From an uncultured Syntrophobacter sp. (GTDB lineage Bacteria > Desulfobacterota > Desulfofervidia > Desulfofervidales > DG-60): DNA of 32,000 bases. Where the stretch lies: positions 9,916-41,915 of the forward strand of contig CAZNJP010000002.1 of assembly GCA_964573345.1 (NCBI GenBank), written 5' to 3'. The translations under genes and the position numbers were made by a program. Under the pieces are notes generated by a model that did not search any database, was not told the origin of the DNA, and saw only the letters and a program-made list of their open reading frames with translations. Below are positions 8,686-15,301 of the stretch, piece after piece. Each line of letters opens with the position of its first letter. Position 1 is the stretch's first letter.

Positions 8686-9188
8686 GGTTACGAAGCCCGT
8701 ATCGAAGCCCGTTAAATAGTTGGAGAATTAAAATCGAAAATAGAATAAAACAGAAAAATCCAATAAGGAGTTTTCATGATCTAGAAGTTTATAGAAATAC
8801 TTATGAGGCTTCAATTATAGTTATGACACAGATAGTTCCAAAGTTACCCCAATCTGAAAAGTATGATTTAAAAGATCAATTGGCTCGTTCCTGTAAAGCC
8901 ATACCAAGGCTAATTGCTGAAGGTTATGCTAAGAAGCATCAGAAACACGGGTTTCAGAAATACCTTGACGATGCTATGGGAGAATGCAACGAGACAGTGG
9001 TTAGTCTAAGTCACTGCAGGGATATTTATTCCCAATATGTTGATCCGAAAACATGCGATAAGCTAATAGATGTTTATGATAAATCAGGTAGGCAGCTCTA
9101 TAATTTATCTAAAGCATGGACTGATTTTAAGACTAAGGGGAAACAATTAACGTAACCCGAAAACGACACGGGCATCGTAAACGTAACC
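8686..9188 (+). other. IVS-like structured element: two complementary arms enclosing the four-helix-bundle ORF
   Basis: Left arm 8686-8712 and right arm 9160-9188 are the same arms that sit only 7 nt apart at 7008-7070. Here they are separated by 447 nt containing the ORF. Confidence 0.65.
8823..9155 (+). CDS. Four-helix-bundle protein (23S rRNA intervening-sequence protein family, TIGR02436-like)
   Basis: SEKYDLKDQLARSCKAIPRLIAEGYAKK matches the E.FGLTSQLRRAA.SIP.NIAEGY core of the family. Family similarity continues upstream in frame (SFHDLEVYRNTYEASIIV, 8769-8822) where no ATG/GTG/TTG exists, so the true 5' end is uncertain. Confidence 0.8.
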   Translation: MTQIVPKLPQSEKYDLKDQLARSCKAIPRLIAEGYAKKHQKHGFQKYLDDAMGECNETVVSLSHCRDIYSQYVDPKTCDKLIDVYDKSGRQLYNLSKAWTDFKTKGKQLT

Positions 9189-9199
9189 GATAGACAGAG

Positions 9200-9838
9200 A
9201 TGCGTTGCCGCTTATTTAATTTAATTATACCCCGTTTTCTTCCTTCGTTTCTTTATGCACTCTATGGAAGTTGCAAAATAGAAACCAGGGGAGAGGAATA
9301 TTTAAAGGAAATTTCAGGTCCTGTTATCTATGCAGGCTGGCATGGAATGCTTCCTTTTATCCTTTATTTTGGTAGGAAGGTGAAAATGGCGACTATGGTG
9401 AGCCAAAGTGAGGATGGAGGATTAGTTGCGCCTGTTTTTGAAAGATTTGGCTTGGAGGTAGTAAGGGGCTCTAGTGGAAAAGGAGGGGCAAGTGCCATTA
9501 AGCAGCTTTATAAGCTTTTAAAGAAGGGGCATAATGTGGGCTTTGCTGTAGATGGCTCAAGGGGCCCTGCCAGAAAGGTGCAAGGGGGAATTTTATTTTT
9601 GGCACGTTATAGTGATAGTCCAATTATTCCCATAAATGCAGTTTATAGCCATAGCCTTAAATTCAATAGCTGGGATAAGATGGAATTGCCACTTCCCTTT
9701 TCCAAAGTACTTCTGTTTTATGGCCCTCCTATTTATGTACCAAAGGATGTAAGCGAGCAAGAATTTGAGGCAATAAGATTAAATTTAGAAAAGACACTTT
9801 ATCAACTTTATAGGGAAGGGAGTGAAATAGTGAGGTAA
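9200..9838 (+). CDS. DUF374 / lysophospholipid-acyltransferase-like protein
   Basis: VIYAGWHGML, VSQSEDGGLVAPVFERFGLEVVRGSSGKGG, AVDGSRGPARKVQGG and SWDKMELPLPFSKV follow the DUF374 pattern along the whole length. Confidence 0.8.
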   Translation: MRCRLFNLIIPRFLPSFLYALYGSCKIETRGEEYLKEISGPVIYAGWHGMLPFILYFGRKVKMATMVSQSEDGGLVAPVFERFGLEVVRGSSGKGGASAIKQLYKLLKKGHNVGFAVDGSRGPARKVQGGILFLARYSDSPIIPINAVYSHSLKFNSWDKMELPLPFSKVLLFYGPPIYVPKDVSEQEFEAIRLNLEKTLYQLYREGSEIVR

Positions 9839-9840
9839 AA

Positions 9841-10124
9841 GATTGGTGAATGGGTGAACTTGGTCATTCCCTGTAGCTTGCTAGAGGGTTACCTTTACTC
9901 ATATCTTCCCTCCCCTGGTGGGAGGGATTGAGGGAGGGGGTAAAAAGGGCTTTTTCACCCCCATCCCCCATCAAGGGGGAGGAATTTGTGGGTAAAAAGT
10001 TAGCCCCTTTGGGAGGGGGCTAGGATGAGGGCAAGAAAAGGGTATACCTTATGATACCCTAGAATTTAGGGATAAATTGCCAAAGACTTCTTTAGGAAAG
10101 ATTAAGAAGATGGAGTTGACTTAG
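9841..10124 (+). pseudogene. Decayed relic of a third acyl-CoA (ANL) ligase gene
   Basis: 10044-10124 translates to IPYDTLEFRDKLPKTSLGKIKKMELT-stop. In the aligned 21 residues, 13 are identical to the C-terminus of the 12454..13920 ligase (LVEFKKDLPKTPLGKVKKLEL). 9853-9900 retains GELGHSL and, after a frame change, EGYLY (gagggttaccttta, identical to 11437-11450) corresponding to GDLGYLDEEGYLY. It contains stops and frameshifts, has no 5' part, and its middle is replaced by G/C-tract hairpins. Confidence 0.6.
9908..10021. repeat. Cluster of four G/C-tract hairpins
   Basis: ccctccc-ctggt-gggaggg (9908-9926). gggggtaaaaagggctttttcaccccc (9936-9962). ccccc-atcaa-ggggg (9965-9979). agcccc-tttggga-ggggct (10002-10021). 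Confidence 0.65.
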
Positions 10125-10263
10125 ATAAGAATAGTTAAATAGTTGAACCAAAAATTGGAGAATCGTTGAATGGTTAAATCGTAGAATTATGGAACCGTCA
10201 AACCGAATCAACGAATTAACTAATTAACGAGTTTACTAATTTGGATAATTAGGGGGTCATAAA

Positions 10264-11757
10264 ATGGATGTCTATAAATTATTTTCTCAAACGGCCAAGC
10301 AGCAACCAGAAAAGCCAGCCCTTGTTTTTGAAGGGAAGGTAACCAGTTTTTCTCAGGCCTTGGAAAAGGTAAACCAAATAGGACATACCTTACAGGCACT
10401 TGGCCTAAAACAAGGAGAAAAACTAGCCATCTGGCTGCCAAATTGCCCTGAGTTCATAATGGCCTATTTGGCTGCCTTTGGCCTTGGGGCAACAGTTATT
10501 CCAATAGATGCCATGGCTGCAAAAGAAGAGGTGATCGGGATTCTTAATCATGGGGAGGCTTCTATTCTTATAACCACATTCAATGAAGCATTTGAGATTA
10601 AAAATTACATACCAAGCCTCAAACATATCATTACTAATTTAGATGAATTAGCCACTTCTGACAAAACACCCCTGCCCCGTGGAGTAAGGTTTACTACTCA
10701 ACGGGGACTGCCCGCTATTATAGACGAAGAAGATACAGCACTGATCATTTACACATCTGGCACTACCGGGCAGCAAAAAGGGGTAATGCTTACTTACAGA
10801 AATCTGGACTCGCCTATAAAGACCTTTGCGTATTTTGGTTTAAAATATGACTGCGTACTCTGTGCAGTTCCCTTTTCCCATGAAGCAGGTTCGCTGCATA
10901 CCCTATTTCAGGCATCTATGGGCAGTACTCTGGTCATTATGGAAAGATTTGCCCCTGGCAAATTCTTAAGATATATAGAGAAATATCAAGCCGACCTCGT
11001 ATTTGCCCCTCCAGCCATCCTTGAGGCATTATTAAAAACCAGCGAAATAGAGACAATATCTCTTAAATCACTAAAATATGTTGCACCTTTTGGCGCACCC
11101 TGTCATCCTAGAATCTTTCAGGCATTTATACAAAAATTCCCCCATATAAATGTTATAACAGCTTATGGTCTGACCGAATCCACTGCTCCAAATGTTGTTT
11201 TATCTCCGGATACACCTACCTTTAAGAGGGTCAAAAAGGGCATCCTGGGTAAGCCTGCCCCCTGGGTAGAGATAAAAATTGTAGATGATAAAGGAAATGA
11301 GCTTCCTTCTGGTAGCATAGGGGAAATACTACTTAAGGGCTGGTTTGTTATGAAGGGGTATTATAAAGAACCAGAGCTTACAAGAGAGGTCCTAAGGGAT
11401 GGCTGGCTCTATACTGGGGATTTGGGTTATCTGGATGAGGAGGGTTACCTTTATATTACAGGACGTAAGAAAGACGTGATTATTACTGGCGGCCTTAGTG
11501 TTTATGCAAATGAAGTAGAATTTGTTATCTCTGAACATCCAAAGGTAAAAGAGGTAGCAGTAATAAGCACACCAGATAAACTAAGGGGAGAATTGGTCAA
11601 AGCTGTAATTGCCTTAAAGGAAAAAGGCACAGCTCAAGAAATCACTAATCATTGCCGTAAAAGGCTTGCTAGTTACAAAATCCCCAGGGTCATAGAGTTT
11701 AGGGAAAGTTTGCCTAAAACAAGTGCTGGTAAGATTAAAAAGGCGGACTTGATTTGA
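10264..11757 (+). CDS. AMP-dependent acyl-CoA/acyl-carrier ligase (ANL superfamily), paralog 1
   Basis: ANL core motifs IIYTSGTTGQQKG (A3), AYGLTEST (A5), YTGDLG (A7), GRKKDVIITGG (A8), PKTSAGKIKK (A10). Confidence 0.9.
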   Translation: MDVYKLFSQTAKQQPEKPALVFEGKVTSFSQALEKVNQIGHTLQALGLKQGEKLAIWLPNCPEFIMAYLAAFGLGATVIPIDAMAAKEEVIGILNHGEASILITTFNEAFEIKNYIPSLKHIITNLDELATSDKTPLPRGVRFTTQRGLPAIIDEEDTALIIYTSGTTGQQKGVMLTYRNLDSPIKTFAYFGLKYDCVLCAVPFSHEAGSLHTLFQASMGSTLVIMERFAPGKFLRYIEKYQADLVFAPPAILEALLKTSEIETISLKSLKYVAPFGAPCHPRIFQAFIQKFPHINVITAYGLTESTAPNVVLSPDTPTFKRVKKGILGKPAPWVEIKIVDDKGNELPSGSIGEILLKGWFVMKGYYKEPELTREVLRDGWLYTGDLGYLDEEGYLYITGRKKDVIITGGLSVYANEVEFVISEHPKVKEVAVISTPDKLRGELVKAVIALKEKGTAQEITNHCRKRLASYKIPRVIEFRESLPKTSAGKIKKADLI

Positions 11758-12006
11758 ATGCCAGTTTATAAATTTAGAAGCTTTGATGATTTGCAAAGTT
11801 TTGAAAGGCAAGGGAAAGGAATAACTTGGTATTTTAAACCTACTAAGGATTATTTCAAAAAAGCACTTAAATTTAAAGTTAAGGTACCATTTCCACCTGG
11901 CGTTTATAAATTTAAGAGCTTTAAGGAGTCACAAAGGTGGGAAATGGATTGGTGGATAAAGAGTGGAGTTAATAAGCATATTAACAAAACTTTGCAAAGA
12001 GTTTAA
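11758..12006 (+). CDS. Hypothetical 82-aa protein with internal repeat (VYKFRSFDDLQSFE / VYKFKSFKESQRWE)
   Basis: The ATG abuts the ligase stop (TGAATG). No family recognised. Overlaps the next ORF by 44 nt. Confidence 0.35.
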   Translation: MPVYKFRSFDDLQSFERQGKGITWYFKPTKDYFKKALKFKVKVPFPPGVYKFKSFKESQRWEMDWWIKSGVNKHINKTLQRV

Positions 12007-12445
12007 CACAGTGGGGGTCAAGTATATAGTTATAGGGGGATGTGCAGTTATCCTTCATGGCTATTATCGAACGACACATGATATAGATCTTCTTGTAGAT
12101 CCGTCTCCTGAGAATATAGCTAAAATTAAAGAGGTTTTCTATAAAATATTTCAGTCAGATGATGCCTTTCGGATTAATGATTCAGATATAATGCATTATA
12201 CAGTTGTCCGTTTTGCTCCAGAAGGCACAGAGGCAGCAATAGACCTGGTAGGAAGGATAGGGGATGTCAGTTATGAGAAGGCCTCTGAAGACATAGAAAA
12301 AATGAAATTAGAAGAGATAGAGGTCCCCTTATGCGGCCTTTCTACTTTAATAGAGACAAAAAAAGGAGTAAGACCAAAAGATAAAGAAGATTTATTGTTT
12401 CTTTTAGGTAAGAAGGATTACCTTGAAAAACAAAGAAATGAGTAA
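11963..12445 (+). CDS. Nucleotidyltransferase-fold protein (possible toxin-antitoxin-type module component)
   Basis: GTG start. VKYIVIGGCAVILHGYYRTTHDIDLLV fits the GG.A...HG..R.T.D.D nucleotidyltransferase signature. Confidence 0.5.
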   Translation: MELISILTKLCKEFNTVGVKYIVIGGCAVILHGYYRTTHDIDLLVDPSPENIAKIKEVFYKIFQSDDAFRINDSDIMHYTVVRFAPEGTEAAIDLVGRIGDVSYEKASEDIEKMKLEEIEVPLCGLSTLIETKKGVRPKDKEDLLFLLGKKDYLEKQRNE

Positions 12446-12453
12446 GTTATGAG

Positions 12454-13920
12454 ATGGATGTTTATAAAACATTTTTAGACGCAGCAAATAAGCAGCCGAA
12501 CAAAACAGCCCTTATCCATAAGGATAGGGAGGTCAAATTTTCTGAGGCAGCAAAGGATGTAAATAGACTTGCAAATGCATTTAAAGAAATGGGGATGAGA
12601 AAGGGTGAAAAATTGGCTATTTTTTTGTCAAATTCTATAGAATATGTTTATTCTATGATAGCCTCCCTTGGTCTTGGTGTTACAGTAATCCCATTAGATA
12701 TGTCTCTTAAAATGGAAGAATTAAAAAATATCCTATCACATGCTGAAGCAGATTATTTGATTACAAAGGAAAATTTAGATTTTGATTTACCCCATTTAAA
12801 AGGGATAATCTATGATATAGAAGATTTAATTAATAAATCAGAAAAATCGCCTATAGATGAGAAAATAAGTGAAGAAGATATAGCGTTCATCTTTTATACC
12901 TCAGGCACTACAGGGAGGTCAAAGGCGGTTCCTTTAACTTACAAACAATTAGATTCTCCTATAGCTGTCTATGATTATAATAAAATTTTAGAAGATTGCT
13001 TAGTGGTAGTTTGTTATGTACCACTTTCCCATACAGGTGGGCTTTCTTATCTTTTAATGTTTGTAAAAATAGGAAGCACTTTAATACTGGGTGAAAGGTT
13101 TAGCCCATCTCGTTTTTTAGATGATATTGAAACTTATAAAGTCACTGCTACTTGGGTTCCTCCTTCTATTTTAGAAGCTATTTTAAGGTCAAGGGAAATA
13201 GACAAATTTTCACTTAAATCATTAAAAATAATTATTTATTTCGGAGCACCTGCTAGCCCTGAATTTATTAAAAAAGTTAAAGAAAAATTCGGCTGTCCTT
13301 GGGTTACTGGTTTAGGATTGACTGAAACCGCCGGGCCATTTGTAGTTTATTGCTCAAAAAATGCCCCAGAAAAGCAATTTAAAAAAGGCATTATGGGAAA
13401 AGTTCCCCCTTGGGTAAAAGTAAAGACTATAGATGAAATGGAAAAAGAACTTCCACCTGGGGAAATAGGCGAAATATTAGTTAAAGGCTATTTTGTTATG
13501 TCTGGCTATTATAAAGAGCCAGAGCTTACAAGAGAGGTTCTAAGGGATGGCTGGCTTTATACAGGTGATTTAGGCTATTTAGACGAGGAAGGCTATCTTT
13601 ATATTACAGGTAGAAAAAAGGATGTAATCATCACAGGTGGCCTGAGTGTCTATGCTAATGAAGTAGAGTTTGTTATCTCCCAACACCAAAAGGTGAAGGA
13701 AGTGGCAGTAATAGGTACACCTGATAAGCTAAGGGGAGAGGTGGTTAAAGCGGTGGTGGTTTCTAAAAATGGCACAAGATTATTTCCTAGAGAGATTATT
13801 TCATTTTGCAAAAAGAGGCTTCCGGGCTATAAAGTACCAAAACTTGTTGAATTTAAAAAGGACTTGCCCAAAACCCCCTTAGGAAAGGTTAAGAAATTGG
13901 AGCTTGAGCGAATTAAGTAA
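12454..13920 (+). CDS. AMP-dependent acyl-CoA/acyl-carrier ligase (ANL superfamily), paralog 2
   Basis: FIFYTSGTTGRSKA (A3), GLGLTETA (A5), YTGDLG (A7), GRKKDVIITGG (A8), PKTPLGKVKK (A10). Confidence 0.9.
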   Translation: MDVYKTFLDAANKQPNKTALIHKDREVKFSEAAKDVNRLANAFKEMGMRKGEKLAIFLSNSIEYVYSMIASLGLGVTVIPLDMSLKMEELKNILSHAEADYLITKENLDFDLPHLKGIIYDIEDLINKSEKSPIDEKISEEDIAFIFYTSGTTGRSKAVPLTYKQLDSPIAVYDYNKILEDCLVVVCYVPLSHTGGLSYLLMFVKIGSTLILGERFSPSRFLDDIETYKVTATWVPPSILEAILRSREIDKFSLKSLKIIIYFGAPASPEFIKKVKEKFGCPWVTGLGLTETAGPFVVYCSKNAPEKQFKKGIMGKVPPWVKVKTIDEMEKELPPGEIGEILVKGYFVMSGYYKEPELTREVLRDGWLYTGDLGYLDEEGYLYITGRKKDVIITGGLSVYANEVEFVISQHQKVKEVAVIGTPDKLRGEVVKAVVVSKNGTRLFPREIISFCKKRLPGYKVPKLVEFKKDLPKTPLGKVKKLELERIK

Positions 13921-14002
13921 ATGGATGTATTTTGGCAAAACAAAAAATTTTTATGATATCCTTCACCACTCTTTGATATCCCTAAAAAGTCTAAAAAAGT
14001 GC

Positions 14003-14031
14003 TTGACATTTTATTTTCATTGTGGTATTTA
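14003..14031 (+). promoter_or_regulatory. Sigma70-type promoter candidate for the 14078 operon
   Basis: TTGACA (14003-14008), 17-nt spacer, TATTTA (14026-14031) with tgg just upstream. It lies 47 nt before ATG 14078 in a 157-nt gap. Confidence 0.45.
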
Positions 14032-14058
14032 ATATTAAATTTTTAATATTAAATTTTT
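14031..14058 (+). repeat. Perfect tandem duplication of a 14-mer (aatattaaattttt x2) overlapping the -10 / 5'-UTR
   Basis: Read directly: 14031-14044 and 14045-14058 are identical. Confidence 0.8.
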
Positions 14059-14077
14059 TATATCCACAGAGGACGTT

Positions 14078-15301
14078 ATGGTTTCTAAAGCGAAGATTGC
14101 TATTGTAGGTGGGGGGATTGCTGGTTTGTCTTGTGCTTACTTTCTGAAAAAGCAAGGTCTGGATGCAGTTATCTATGAAAGAAAAAGAGAAGTAGGAGGT
14201 AGGTTTTCTACCTTGAAAATCGATGGAGTTTATATTAATCGGGCCGCTTTGATGTTTTCTAAAAAGCTTAATCCCTGTTTTACTTCCCTTATTCATGAAT
14301 TAGAAATTCCTCACAGGGAGATAGATAAGTCAAAGTTTGCAGTGCAGATTGGGGATAAAATTATTCCTTTAAACAGGCAAGGACTTCTTGAAAGTGGATT
14401 GTTCAATTTAGAAGAAATCAAGTTGTGGGGGAAATTACAGGAGTTAGCACAATCGCTCAAATTTGATTATGGTGAGCCTGATGAACGATTACTTAAGTGG
14501 CATGAGATGTCCCTTTATGATTTTTGTAAAAAAGAGATGAAATTTACCGATAATATGATAAATTACCTGGCTCAACTTTATGCTAGCTTTCAGTATGTGG
14601 AACCACATGAGCTTGCCGCAGATAAAGGACTATTTTCTATTTCCTACTCTATAACACCTACCTTTACGCCTATAAAAGGTATGGGAGAAGTAGCATTGGA
14701 GTTAAAGAAAAGACTAGGGGATGAAAACCAAATAAATACCCATGTAACTGAGGTGCATTATGAGCCAGGAAAAGGCTTTATGTTAAAAGTGAAAAGAGAA
14801 GATAGATCTCCTACATTTGAAGGGCCTTATGAGTATTGTGTTTTTGCTACTGGCGGGAGGAGTGTAAAAAATATTATGCCAGAGGTGGATTTTGAGGTCC
14901 AGGCAGCTAAGACCAGGGGGTTTATCATAGAGGCCATCTGCCCCCAGTATCGTCCATATGAGCTAATAATCTTTCCTAAAGTAGACAATAAGCATGGTGT
15001 CCATGGTGGTGAAATGCAACATCTGCCTGATGGTCGTTCTATTTGCGCTATCCTTCTCTATCGCAGTGATGCAGATTTAGGGGCAGTTTTTAAGAAATAT
15101 AAAATCATTGAGCGCCTTGGTTGGTCACCTGCCCTTGGGGTAATGCCACCAGGGGGAAAGATTGTAGATGTTGCTACTAATGTAAAAAATGCTTTTGTGG
15201 TAGGTGACTTCTTTCGTTTTCCAAATCTTGAATCTTGTGTTTATACAGCCAAGAAGGTTGCTTCTATCATTGCCAAAGGCAAATTAGAGAAGAAAAAATG
15301 A
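14078..15301 (+). CDS. FAD/NAD(P)-binding oxidoreductase (amine-oxidase / phytoene-desaturase-like fold)
   Basis: N-terminal dinucleotide fold KIAIVGGGIAGLSCAYFLKKQGLDAVIYERKREVGGR. C-terminal FVVGDFF FAD-anchoring motif. Confidence 0.8.
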   Translation: MVSKAKIAIVGGGIAGLSCAYFLKKQGLDAVIYERKREVGGRFSTLKIDGVYINRAALMFSKKLNPCFTSLIHELEIPHREIDKSKFAVQIGDKIIPLNRQGLLESGLFNLEEIKLWGKLQELAQSLKFDYGEPDERLLKWHEMSLYDFCKKEMKFTDNMINYLAQLYASFQYVEPHELAADKGLFSISYSITPTFTPIKGMGEVALELKKRLGDENQINTHVTEVHYEPGKGFMLKVKREDRSPTFEGPYEYCVFATGGRSVKNIMPEVDFEVQAAKTRGFIIEAICPQYRPYELIIFPKVDNKHGVHGGEMQHLPDGRSICAILLYRSDADLGAVFKKYKIIERLGWSPALGVMPPGGKIVDVATNVKNAFVVGDFFRFPNLESCVYTAKKVASIIAKGKLEKKK

